This document shows positions 6,834 through 15,955 of a stretch of DNA of 32,000 nucleotides, piece by piece. Under the pieces are notes generated by a model. The model ran no database searches and was not told the origin of the DNA. It saw only the letters and a program-made list of their open reading frames with translations. The stretch spans positions 990,001 to 1,022,000 of the forward strand of contig NC_000916.1 in assembly GCF_000008645.1 (NCBI RefSeq), in the 5' to 3' direction. Origin of the DNA: Methanothermobacter thermautotrophicus str. Delta H. Lineage in GTDB: Archaea; Methanobacteriota; Methanobacteria; Methanobacteriales; Methanothermobacteraceae. The number at the start of each line of letters is the position of its first letter. The stretch's first letter is position 1. The position numbers and the translations under genes are program-made.

Positions 6834-9267
6834 TTCTTGTTCTTAAGCTGACCCATGACACCGGTATTCTGATCCATGGGATGAACCTGATCCCCTCATT
6901 AAAGAGCTCCCTTCTAATTTCCCTGTCAGATATATTTCTCAGTTTATAGACATAGTAGGGGACGTAGTCCTTTATGCGGAGCCTCAGCTCCTGGGATTCG
7001 ACCCATTCATCGAAATCCCTGATATCTTCATTGAATGATGATTCATGGAGTTTAAGAAGGGAATATACGAAGTTCTTGGACAGTTTTCCATTTCTTTGGA
7101 GTTTCTCCAGTCTCATGCCGAATTCAAGGAGTTCATTGAATCCCATGAAATGGTCTGTATCCCACTGTACCGTCTCCCCAAATACAGATATTTTTCCCTT
7201 ACCAAGGTTCTTGGATAGTTCAAGCTGCTTTTCTGCAATTTCAGCAGCTTTGCCGGCGGGAAACTTATGTCCGCCCATGAATATGCCTGCTGATATCTCA
7301 ATTGAGGGGTTTTCGCACGTCCATTCCCTGAATTCGTTCCGGAGTCTTCCAGCGAATTCAATTATATCATCGTATGGGCCGAACACAAGGACATCGTCTC
7401 CTCCAGAGTAGGTTATGTATATGGTTGGAGTTGACCTTTCTCTGCATTCATCGCAGATTTCAGAGCTGGACGCTGATGATGGGCGGTATACTGTTCCAAT
7501 TTCGCTTTTTATACTCATAAGTTTATCCCTACACCCATCGCAGGGCTCTCTTATGAAGAAGAACTCGGACGCGACCTGGTTTATGTATCCAAGGAAAAAG
7601 AGGTCCATGAAGGAGCTCATTGTCGAGATCCTTGATATTGATCGGTTCTCCAGTCCCTGGCTGAATATCTGTCCAAGGTTATCAACGTCCATCTTCAGGG
7701 TGGCCAGTTTACCTGCTCCAATGCTCAGGGATGATATCTCTGTGAAGTCAAGAGCTCTCTTCCTTCCACCATCAACCTCTACAGGCACAGTGTTTCCCAT
7801 CAGGGTAAATCCAAAGGACACATTTTCATTCTGAATCCTGTCCTGAATTCCAAGGAAGTCTGTGCTGTTCAGCCTCAGCAATTCTATCCTTCCGCCGAAA
7901 TCTGCCAGATTATCGAGCCTTGAAACAACAGAATCTTCTGTTTCAAAGAAGTATGATATTCCCCCCTCATTGAAATCAGAATCCATGGATCCATGAACCC
8001 TTATCATGTAATCTGCATTGGCAGCCCTTGCCCCCAGTTCTTCATGGGATCTGCACGAGCCACAGATGGTTGAAGATGAGGGCAGACCACAGACGGCACA
8101 TGTTTGAGATGGAGCCTCCTCCTCAAATGTGAAGAACTCGTTGAGGAGTTCCCTGAACTTCGACCTCTTGTTTCTGAGGTTCCTCTGGGCAAGCTTATCC
8201 ATGATGGCGCCGAAATCCTTAAGTTCATCACCGTTTACCTCGATGTAGGAAAGTGCAAGGTAGAGTTCCGCGTTGAAGGCCCCTATGAATCTCTGGTTAA
8301 CCTCCCTGGAAACCCTATCAAGGATATCCTTCACTTCCTGAGTATTTGGAAGTATGATTGTGAAGTGTCCACCTCCGCAGAAGAGTATGTTTGGCTGGGA
8401 TAGTCCTGCCTCAGATATTATCCTGTTTGCAACTGCATCTGTGAGGAGGCTTATGTAGAGGGATCTTCCCCTCAGACGTTTGCTCATACCCTTCTGTGCT
8501 TCCTCAGGAGATTTTACACTGGTTATGAAGTTCTGAATCCCTGATAGGTCGCCTGATACAATGAGGTATGGTTTACCCCCATTCCCCTCTTTCCTGTGAA
8601 GGTAGAGACATCCTGCCAGGGCTGCTGTCGTCTTGAGGTGGTCGAAGAGGGATATGTCTGGAACGCTCATATAGACTGCTGATGGAATCAGGGATGTGTA
8701 CTTTTTGAGGAGGTGGTGGAGCGTGCTGACATCAAAGTTTTTGAGTTCAGCCACCTCTGAGGTGAAGAGTTTCCAGAGTCTCCGGTATTCTCTCTCAAGG
8801 TTCCAGCCAGCCATAACCTGCCTTTTTATCCTATCTGGTTTTGTTCCTTTAAGATCCGTTGGTATGAGTTCCCGGAGGGGTAGATAGTATTCACCCTCTG
8901 CTTTTTCCCTTTCAGGTAGTCTGACCTGGGAGAATACTGATATCAACGGGTGTTCTTTAACCTCCTGTTTTGATTCCGACTTCTCCCTTTCACTTGCTGA
9001 ATGATGGTCCGCGTCCCTTATTATTCTGGCATATTCAGGATTCATGGAATTTGAAGGCTTGTGATGGTAGAGCACAAGGTCCTCTATATCCTCACCGAGG
9101 CCATGGTCAGCCACAAAGCTTGCTGACCATTTACCATGGGCTCCTGATTCCCCAAAATCAGACCTGGTGAGGCCACTATATTTATCACTGTGAGGTGAAG
9201 ATGTTCTCTGATAAAATTTACCTATGTCATGTAGGAGTGCAGCTAGCTGTATATCCTCAAGATTCAT
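6814..9267 (-). CDS. cas10: Cas10/Csm1 with an N-terminal HD nuclease domain and a GGDD cyclase Palm domain
   Basis: An HD motif (AALLHDIGKF) lies near the N-terminus. A Zn-ribbon-like CAVCG...CGSC is present, and the GGDD motif reads TYSGGDDVLVFG. The ORF track starts at TTG 9282, but ATG 9267 (MNLEDIQ...) is more likely. Confidence 0.93.
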   Translation of the reverse strand: MNLEDIQLAALLHDIGKFYQRTSSPHSDKYSGLTRSDFGESGAHGKWSASFVADHGLGEDIEDLVLYHHKPSNSMNPEYARIIRDADHHSASEREKSESKQEVKEHPLISVFSQVRLPEREKAEGEYYLPLRELIPTDLKGTKPDRIKRQVMAGWNLEREYRRLWKLFTSEVAELKNFDVSTLHHLLKKYTSLIPSAVYMSVPDISLFDHLKTTAALAGCLYLHRKEGNGGKPYLIVSGDLSGIQNFITSVKSPEEAQKGMSKRLRGRSLYISLLTDAVANRIISEAGLSQPNILFCGGGHFTIILPNTQEVKDILDRVSREVNQRFIGAFNAELYLALSYIEVNGDELKDFGAIMDKLAQRNLRNKRSKFRELLNEFFTFEEEAPSQTCAVCGLPSSSTICGSCRSHEELGARAANADYMIRVHGSMDSDFNEGGISYFFETEDSVVSRLDNLADFGGRIELLRLNSTDFLGIQDRIQNENVSFGFTLMGNTVPVEVDGGRKRALDFTEISSLSIGAGKLATLKMDVDNLGQIFSQGLENRSISRISTMSSFMDLFFLGYINQVASEFFFIREPCDGCRDKLMSIKSEIGTVYRPSSASSSEICDECRERSTPTIYITYSGGDDVLVFGPYDDIIEFAGRLRNEFREWTCENPSIEISAGIFMGGHKFPAGKAAEIAEKQLELSKNLGKGKISVFGETVQWDTDHFMGFNELLEFGMRLEKLQRNGKLSKNFVYSLLKLHESSFNEDIRDFDEWVESQELRLRIKDYVPYYVYKLRNISDREIRRELFNEGIRFIPWIRIPVSWVSLRTRNGDIHE

Positions 9268-9391
9268 ATAGAACACCGGCAATTAATTATTTTAATATGG
9301 TTGGAATTATGATTAATATATATGTTATCCTTACAATTGAATGGAAAGATTTATAAATATGAAAATTTGTGGGATGTGATGATGAAGCTGT
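9268..9391 (-). promoter_or_regulatory. AT-rich intergenic region with a candidate promoter of the csm operon
   Basis: This is the only sizeable gap inside the cas super-operon. A minus-strand TATA-like ATATTAAAATAATTAA (about 9283-9298) lies roughly 20-30 nt upstream of ATG 9267, geometry that fits a leaderless or short-leader mRNA. Confidence 0.45.
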
Positions 9392-9667
9392 TCAGAGAAT
9401 AACATCAAGTGGTGATTTCTCCAGGCCAAGAACATTGCGGTTCATGGCCCTCTCAGACCTGAAGGAGTATATGATAACAGAGTCCCGTTCACGATCGATA
9501 ATTCTCTCAAGGTTTGTTTCTATGCGCCTAAACTGGCTTTCAGTTACTTCTCCCTCAAATACGGAATTCTGGACCCAGTGAAGTTCTGTCCTTAGATATG
9601 ACTTCACCCGGTTAACCCTCTCAACCCCCACATCGTATACAATTAGAAGGTACACAGTTACCACCAC
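9392..9667 (-). CDS. cas2: Cas2
   Basis: The 91-aa ORF reads YLLIVYDVGVERVNRVKSYL...WVQNSVFEGE, the classic Cas2 ferredoxin fold signature. It has a GTG start that overlaps the cas1 stop. Confidence 0.92.
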   Translation of the reverse strand: MVVTVYLLIVYDVGVERVNRVKSYLRTELHWVQNSVFEGEVTESQFRRIETNLERIIDRERDSVIIYSFRSERAMNRNVLGLEKSPLDVIL

Positions 9668-10632
9668 ATCACGAATGGTTCATAACTCTTCTGACCGATT
9701 AAATGTTTGATGAGCTTGTATGCCTCCAGCCTTATTAGACGTCTGTATGAAACTTTTCTCCCCAGTTCCCTGTGTTTAACTGTCTTCCCAAGACGTCTGT
9801 CATACTCTGCGAGAAATTTCCTTTTACCAGAATTGTTAAGGAGACAATGATTCATTCCATGCTCAAAATCTTCAGCCTTAATCGCTTTTTTCTTGATAAG
9901 GGAAATTATCATCCTGTCAATGAGGGTTGGTTTGAATATCTCACTTAGGTCCAGGGCGAGTGAATATCTCCTTTCAAAGGGTTCATGTAAATAGGAGATG
10001 GTTGGATTAAGCTGTGTATTGTAAAGTTCAGTTATTACTGTTGAGTAGAGGAGTGAGTTCCCAAAGCTTATCATGGCATTGGTCATATTTTCAGGGGGTC
10101 TGCGTGTCCTCTTACCTATCCTGAATCCTTCAGGAAGGATACTGTCAATTGCATTGTAGTAATCTGAACGTATCCTTCCCTCGACATTCATGACATCGGT
10201 TACTGAATTTGAGGAGTCCAGATCCATCAGTGTATCAGAAATCCCATTTTCGATGCCATAGTAACTCAGAACCCTCCTCATGTTAAGGGCGGCTCCCCTG
10301 ACAAATGACCTTGCAAGTTCAATTCTTTTATCATGGTCAATGACATGTTCGGCCTGTTTAATAATTACATCTCCAGATAGAAGCGTCTCGCGGGGGTAGA
10401 AACTGCCACTGTAGAAGCCATATCTGTTGAAAAAGTGGATGGGTATGCCTTCCTTTGATAGAAGATTCAGGGCCTGTGACGATATTGTCAGGGCGCCATA
10501 GGAGTATATCGAATAAATTTTGTTTATGGGTATTGGTCGCTTTAAATCCTTGTTGATGAAGTATAACGTGTTTTCATTCCTTTTAAGCAAGCCATCTGTT
10601 GTTATATAGTAGTTTTTTCTTGTCATGATCAT
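9658..10632 (-). CDS. cas1: Cas1 integrase
   Basis: This roughly 324-aa ORF sits between cas4 and cas2. The track start is TTG 10662, which overlaps cas4. ATG 10632 or 10626 (MIMTRKNYYIT) just after the cas4 stop is more likely. Confidence 0.9.
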   Translation of the reverse strand: MIMTRKNYYITTDGLLKRNENTLYFINKDLKRPIPINKIYSIYSYGALTISSQALNLLSKEGIPIHFFNRYGFYSGSFYPRETLLSGDVIIKQAEHVIDHDKRIELARSFVRGAALNMRRVLSYYGIENGISDTLMDLDSSNSVTDVMNVEGRIRSDYYNAIDSILPEGFRIGKRTRRPPENMTNAMISFGNSLLYSTVITELYNTQLNPTISYLHEPFERRYSLALDLSEIFKPTLIDRMIISLIKKKAIKAEDFEHGMNHCLLNNSGKRKFLAEYDRRLGKTVKHRELGRKVSYRRLIRLEAYKLIKHLIGQKSYEPFVMWW

Positions 10633-10642
10633 CCCACACTGC

Positions 10643-11170
10643 TCAAGCCCAGCAGAGTTCAAAGTAAGCGCAGCTTCTGCAGATGGGTTTTCTCTGGGGG
10701 GCTGGTGGAGGTCCCATTATTATCCTATCAATTTCATGGATCACTCTACGAAGTTCCTCTTCATCTTCAGCACTAAGTGAAACCTCGGTTCTCTTTTTAA
10801 GAGCTGGGTAGTCAATGAATCCCCTGATCTTTTCTATTCCCTTTTCATTTTTTAGGTAGAATAGATAATATAGAAGCTGGAACCTGTGGGCCTCCTCCAT
10901 GGTCATGCCCTTTTTAACCTCATGGACCTCCAGGTAACCTTTTCTTTTAACAAAATCAGCGGCTATAAGATCATCAATTATCAATTCCTTTTTCTCACGT
11001 GTATATGATTCCTCATGTAACAGTTTCCCCAGTTTAACGAGTTCAGACTCCCGTTCCATACTAATATGGTGGGAGAAGAACCATAGCTTGGTTTTGCAGA
11101 TGAAGTAATAGTTTATCTGCAATCCCCTGACTCTGAGGTTATCCTCTCCGATTATCAAGAAAACCGCCAT
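10643..11170 (-). CDS. cas4: Cas4 (RecB-like nuclease with a C-terminal Fe-S Cys cluster)
   Basis: This 175-aa ORF has an N-terminal Cys in YYFICKTKLW, an E-V-K nuclease motif (EVHEVKKG), and C-terminal CRSCAYFELC. Confidence 0.88.
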   Translation of the reverse strand: MAVFLIIGEDNLRVRGLQINYYFICKTKLWFFSHHISMERESELVKLGKLLHEESYTREKKELIIDDLIAADFVKRKGYLEVHEVKKGMTMEEAHRFQLLYYLFYLKNEKGIEKIRGFIDYPALKKRTEVSLSAEDEEELRRVIHEIDRIIMGPPPAPQRKPICRSCAYFELCWA

Positions 11171-11171
11171 C

Positions 11172-13664
11172 TCACACTATGAGTGATGATTCTGTTTCCC
11201 CGAAAATGCTGTCAAGTCCAAGTTCTTCTAGGAGCTCCACATCATCATCTTCCATAGATCCCCATACATAGAAACCCTTGAATTCGCCTGTCGTCCTGCT
11301 CCAGAAATCACTTTTCTCCTCGTAGAATACCGGCACATTGACTGAGTATTCATAGAGAACCTTCTTGAGGTCCCACATTGTTGTTTTCTCTCCAGTTATT
11401 CTCTCTATTTCTCCAAGTATATCCTTCCAAAGCCTGTAATCGCCCTTTATCAGTTCAGCGAAGGTTCTTTCAATTTCGGATTCTGAGTAGCGGAGGACCG
11501 CATCTGGAATGAAGACCTTGTAACCTGCCATGTTACGAAACAACCTCTGTGCCTGGGTTCTCTTTTCCACTGTAAAGTAATCAAGGTCAGATATTGTTTC
11601 TCTGATCTGGTTCTCATAAATCTCCTTGAGTGTCGATCCGTCAATTTCCTCCTGGAAGACCTCCTCTATCATGGACCTTTCAAGGTTATAGTCAAGAATC
11701 TGTCCATCATACCTTTCAAGAATTGCTCTAGTCGCATCCAGGACCTTTTTATCATATATGAGGGATGTTCTTCTATCTGAATCTGTGAAGATTATTATAT
11801 TGGGATCTCCTGAATCGTAGTCAGCATCACGGTTACGGTGTATCCTTCCCCATCTCTGAATCTGACTGTCTATTGTTGAAATCTCTGTAATCATGAGATC
11901 AAAGTCAATGTCAACTGATGCCTCAATTATCTGTGTTGATATAACAGTTAAGCCCCTTTCATCTTGACTCCTTTTTTTTACCTCCCCTATCCTCTGGGAC
12001 TTCACCTTCTCAAGCAACCTTGAGTGGAGTAGATAAACATCAGGATCGTCCTGATATTCCCTGTAAAGTTCAATTGCCTTCTGAACATTATTGACAACTA
12101 TCAGAACGTTTTTTTCGGAATTTTCATCAAGTATTTTACCGAGTTTATCTGAAACTTCAAGTTCATCATTAAACAGAGGTTCCTCTATAAGCTGAGGGAC
12201 ATGCCTTTTTAAGTTGAGGTTTTTTATGTCATGTGCACCTGGAATGGCTGCGACATCCATCACCTCAAAGTTCATTGCATCAAGAAAGCTCCTGAAGTAG
12301 GGTGGAAGTGTGGCTGTCATTACAAGTATATTCCCATCAACCTCGTTGACCAGCTCGAGGGTTTTGATTATCACAGCAGCCATTTCCTCATTGTAGGTCT
12401 GTATTTCATCCAGAATCATCGAAGCGAAGGGATAAACAGATATAACCTTATCAGAACCGAAGTAATTGAGTGATGTTATTAGAACCTGGTCAGGTGTTGT
12501 CAGAAGCGCCGGTGACGCCATTAACCTTGCAGAGGTCATCATGGAATCAAGATCCGTCCCCCTGCCAAGTCTTTCCTCCTTCAGGTATTCTATGAATGCA
12601 GTTGAATGTAGTATATCGATTTCATCCTCACTGAAATATCCATCAGAGTCCCGGAGTCTCATGAAGATATCGTTGAGGGCGACCCTGAGTGGCAGTGTAT
12701 AGATGAATTTTCTTCCATGCTTCGCCGCCCATAAAATAGAGAACTCTGTTTTTCCAGAGCCCGTTGGTGCGACAAGAACCATCTTTTTAGGGCCGCCAAG
12801 CTCCCCCATCAACCTTATCTGCCATGGTGCCCCACCTATCTTTGAGGTTATTTTCTCATCAATATCCCTGAAAACCTCTTCACTGAATAGTTCAATGTCA
12901 ACGCCTGCACTGGCAGAATAATCAGCCCTTCGGAGGATCCCTGAGAGAATTAAAATGTCAGCTGATCTCTCTTCAGGTTCATAGAAGGCTGCAAACTCGG
13001 ATATGTCATCATCATATTCCTTTATCTTCTCTAGGAGAAGCTCTGGCTTTTCGAAGTCCATGTTTGATCTTATTTCATCAGCTGCGGAAATCACAAGATC
13101 TGATTCCAGGGAATTCTGAATATAATTGAGTATGTCCTCAATGAAAATTCTCAGAGTCTCTTTTTTCTCAATTATGAAGTTCAGGTAGATTTCAAATGCG
13201 TCCCTGTAGGTGAAGATGATCTCCATGAGGTCCTTATCATTCAAGAAGTATTCATTGTAATGGTGGAGGAGTATTGCTGTCCTCATCATTGCATCAAGGT
13301 CATCGTTGCCGAGAAGGAATGTGCTCCATATTATGGAAAGTATCTCATGCCGGGGGGACCTTTTAAGGGGTTTAAGTGGTGAGAGGAATTCTTCAAGGAC
13401 TTCCCATGCTTCTGAATCATCACCCATGAGTTTTTTCTGGAAGTTATAGTCAATCTTTCCCAGGTCATGTATTATGGAGGCCATGGCCAATGCTCTGAAT
13501 GTCTTCTCTCCAATTTTATAGGAAAATTTTTCCCTGTTTGTTTGATAGAAATTATGGAAATCATCTATGCGCGCCACTGTTTCTTTTAAATGGTCCTTTA
13601 AAAGATAGTTTCGCTGATCATTGGATTTAGCCCGTATTATATCGATTAATTCCATCATAGCCAC
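11172..13664 (-). CDS. cas3: Cas3, an HD nuclease fused to a DExH helicase
   Basis: The ORF is 830 aa. HD motifs are IIHDLGK and LLHHYNEY. Walker A is APTGSGKTE and the DExH-like motif is ILDEIQ. The real start is possibly ATG 13658, which forms an ATGA overlap with the cas5 stop. Confidence 0.93.
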   Translation of the reverse strand: MAMMELIDIIRAKSNDQRNYLLKDHLKETVARIDDFHNFYQTNREKFSYKIGEKTFRALAMASIIHDLGKIDYNFQKKLMGDDSEAWEVLEEFLSPLKPLKRSPRHEILSIIWSTFLLGNDDLDAMMRTAILLHHYNEYFLNDKDLMEIIFTYRDAFEIYLNFIIEKKETLRIFIEDILNYIQNSLESDLVISAADEIRSNMDFEKPELLLEKIKEYDDDISEFAAFYEPEERSADILILSGILRRADYSASAGVDIELFSEEVFRDIDEKITSKIGGAPWQIRLMGELGGPKKMVLVAPTGSGKTEFSILWAAKHGRKFIYTLPLRVALNDIFMRLRDSDGYFSEDEIDILHSTAFIEYLKEERLGRGTDLDSMMTSARLMASPALLTTPDQVLITSLNYFGSDKVISVYPFASMILDEIQTYNEEMAAVIIKTLELVNEVDGNILVMTATLPPYFRSFLDAMNFEVMDVAAIPGAHDIKNLNLKRHVPQLIEEPLFNDELEVSDKLGKILDENSEKNVLIVVNNVQKAIELYREYQDDPDVYLLHSRLLEKVKSQRIGEVKKRSQDERGLTVISTQIIEASVDIDFDLMITEISTIDSQIQRWGRIHRNRDADYDSGDPNIIIFTDSDRRTSLIYDKKVLDATRAILERYDGQILDYNLERSMIEEVFQEEIDGSTLKEIYENQIRETISDLDYFTVEKRTQAQRLFRNMAGYKVFIPDAVLRYSESEIERTFAELIKGDYRLWKDILGEIERITGEKTTMWDLKKVLYEYSVNVPVFYEEKSDFWSRTTGEFKGFYVWGSMEDDDVELLEELGLDSIFGETESSLIV

Positions 13665-14464
13665 CCGAAATCTGCAGGTATTTTAAAAGTGGATCCATCT
13701 TCAAGTTTGTAAATCTCAGTCCTCACGGTGTCATTGAGGAATATGACCTGGTTCATGCCTGTGTATATAACAGTTTGAAATGTGGGAATCCTCTCGGTTG
13801 ATTCGCCGATTTCCGCCTTGTTTGAGATTATACTTTCGCCATTTCTAAATATGACGCGCTCCGGGATTGAATAAACCGGAAATCTCTCATTTCTTATGGG
13901 GAAATGTGTTTTACCGTTACTGAGTTTTATGTATGTGGGGTATGTCATCCAGAGGTTCTTTTTAACCTCCCTTTCAATTACCTCAAAATCCCTGTGAATC
14001 CCTCTTATGAATATTATGTCCTCTGACCTCCCTAGGGATAGTGGCTTCGTGGGTTTGCGCAGTGAATCACATACCTCCTCAATTATGTCATCATCCCCTC
14101 TCAGGAAGATGTAGTAGTGACCGTTGAAGAGTTCCTGCTGATAGGAAGGACTCCGCTGGGACTTCTTGTTTACACTGTAAAGAGGGTAGCCCTTGTTCCA
14201 GAGTTTTAATTTATTATGGTGATACTTCAGGGCGATATCCCCCACTATAAAACTCTGGTAGTTCCAGAAGGTGCTCTCAAAGAGTCCATGTATGCTCACA
14301 CTGATTTCGCTGATATCCTGGTCATAGTATCTTCCAGTGGCGTTCTGCAGCATTCCGGTCACAGTTGATTTGGGGCTGAGGGGATATGTCTGCGCGTAAT
14401 CAAATGTGAAGGGGTTTCTGAACTGGGCAAATGGCTGGAATATCTCCACTGCAAGGGTTTCCAT
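13655..14464 (-). CDS. cas5: Cas5 (type I-B)
   Basis: This 269-aa ORF has the N-terminus FQPFAQFRNPFTFDYAQTYPLSPKSTVTGML, typical of Cas5. It lies between cas7 and cas3. Confidence 0.88.
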   Translation of the reverse strand: METLAVEIFQPFAQFRNPFTFDYAQTYPLSPKSTVTGMLQNATGRYYDQDISEISVSIHGLFESTFWNYQSFIVGDIALKYHHNKLKLWNKGYPLYSVNKKSQRSPSYQQELFNGHYYIFLRGDDDIIEEVCDSLRKPTKPLSLGRSEDIIFIRGIHRDFEVIEREVKKNLWMTYPTYIKLSNGKTHFPIRNERFPVYSIPERVIFRNGESIISNKAEIGESTERIPTFQTVIYTGMNQVIFLNDTVRTEIYKLEDGSTFKIPADFGWL

Positions 14465-14465
14465 C

Positions 14466-15641
14466 CTAATCCCCTGAACCTTTCCGTAACTCTACAGAAG
14501 GGTCTGTGAAAACAGCCACTCTAGATAACTCTCCGTCGTCAAATATCCCTTCGACGAACTCTTCCACCTTATCAACGTCTAAACTTTCAGCTTCAAGGCC
14601 TTCCACTTCAAAAACAGGTTTTCTCTGTTTGCTTGTGACGTGCCTGACTTTAAGTATGCGTCCATTATCGGTTTCCTGTTCCTCTATCTCATCATATTCT
14701 TCCTCAGTGTATTCATCAAGGAGAACAATTCTGTCCTTGAAGGTCATGTATGGTGAATCCCTGTAGAGTCCCATTACCATGATTTTAGGTGAGAGGTCCT
14801 CGTCCCTAGCCTTTATGGATCGTTTAAGGTTCATAACTGTCTTTATAAGGTTCATTATGCGTTTCTTTATCTTTTCATCATCCTTGAGACGGTAACGTAT
14901 CCTGTAAACCTTATCTATCTTTTCAAAGTCGCATAATTCAACATTTTCTGACTGTAATATCTCTTTCTTGTTCTTTCCCTTCTTCAGCTTAATAAGAAGC
15001 CCGTCGCCCTTCAGGCTGGATACCTTCTCAATAGATTCAAGCTTGTATTTACCATCTGCAAGAGTAACGTCACTTTTCTCAGAGATGTAAACCTCAATTT
15101 CGCCGATGCTGTCAACATCCACAACTATGGAATACTGATAGAAGGTCTGATGCTCCTCAGCTGTGAAGGGGTTTGGCTTCATCTCACCGTGACGTTTGCG
15201 CATACGATTCGCGAGACCTATGTTGGCATTGAAGTGGGCGTCATACATGAATGGTGTCATTGAAACTGCATGCCCCACCTTAACTGGGGCCGTTCTGAAA
15301 TTCTGGGGTTTTGTCTCAGTTATCAGGTAACCAAAGAGGTCGAACTCAGGGTACTCGAGTATATCTCCTGTAAGGAGGAACTCAGTGGCTGGCTGTATCA
15401 CTGTACTGTCGCCTTTACCTGATTTAACAAGGTTGTCTGCCTCAGCAAGTTCAAAGAGTCCAAACTTATCTGCAGTGTCCAGCATGCTGTACCTGAGAGC
15501 GTACCTACTCACAAGGGTGTATTGGCGACCATCCCACTTTGTTATCTTCTTGAGTTCCTGATAGTTTCCACTTCCCTGGTCATAGTTCAGGGAGTTTCCA
15601 TAGAACACGAGGTCCATTACAATGTACCTTGACATTTTCAT
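14466..15641 (-). CDS. cas7: Cas7 (Cst2/DevR-type backbone subunit, type I-B)
   Basis: This 391-aa ORF has the N-terminal motif GNSLNYDQGSGNYQELKKI, typical of Cas7. Its position also fits. Confidence 0.88.
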   Translation of the reverse strand: MKMSRYIVMDLVFYGNSLNYDQGSGNYQELKKITKWDGRQYTLVSRYALRYSMLDTADKFGLFELAEADNLVKSGKGDSTVIQPATEFLLTGDILEYPEFDLFGYLITETKPQNFRTAPVKVGHAVSMTPFMYDAHFNANIGLANRMRKRHGEMKPNPFTAEEHQTFYQYSIVVDVDSIGEIEVYISEKSDVTLADGKYKLESIEKVSSLKGDGLLIKLKKGKNKKEILQSENVELCDFEKIDKVYRIRYRLKDDEKIKKRIMNLIKTVMNLKRSIKARDEDLSPKIMVMGLYRDSPYMTFKDRIVLLDEYTEEEYDEIEEQETDNGRILKVRHVTSKQRKPVFEVEGLEAESLDVDKVEEFVEGIFDDGELSRVAVFTDPSVELRKGSGD

Positions 15642-15955
15642 TCACCTTCTCCTGCTGCCATTATTCCGATGATTATTGAGTAAGCGACCTTCTCAAAATT
15701 TTCAGGGCTGAGAGGGTAGACCCATTCAAGCTTTCTGCACAGTTTCCTGACGTTTTCATCCCCCTTCCTGGAGTTGAGGGTTCTGAGCAGAAACGAAAAG
15801 AAATCTGACTGGTTATTAACCCTCGCTGTGTTGAGCAGTTTATAAACAAGCCTCTGTCTGTAGTTCTCAGACCCGATACTTTCAAATGCAGACCTGGAAT
15901 ACCTCTTTATCTGCCAGTAGTCCCTCTCAGAGAGGAGTTTCATTTTCTTATACAT
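15638..15955 (-). CDS. Small hypothetical protein (105 aa) between cas8b and cas7, a candidate stand-alone small subunit (Cas11-like)
   Basis: ATG 15955 overlaps the cas8b stop (TAATG), and its own stop overlaps the cas7 start (ATGA). These overlaps indicate translational coupling inside the effector operon. I recognise no motif in it. Confidence 0.55.
   Translation of the reverse strand: MYKKMKLLSERDYWQIKRYSRSAFESIGSENYRQRLVYKLLNTARVNNQSDFFSFLLRTLNSRKGDENVRKLCRKLEWVYPLSPENFEKVAYSIIIGIMAAGEGE

Noticed and set aside
6974-8403. Plus-strand ORFs of 99-145 aa (6974-7411, 7415-7834, 8104-8403)
   Set aside because: They are antisense shadows inside cas10. They are Ser/Leu-rich with no motifs, whereas the cas10 frame carries the HD and GGDD signatures.
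9377-9400. GTGATGATGA, resembling a box C motif of a C/D sRNA
   Set aside because: It lies within or abutting the cas2 3' end. No properly spaced CTGA box D and no terminal stem could be found.
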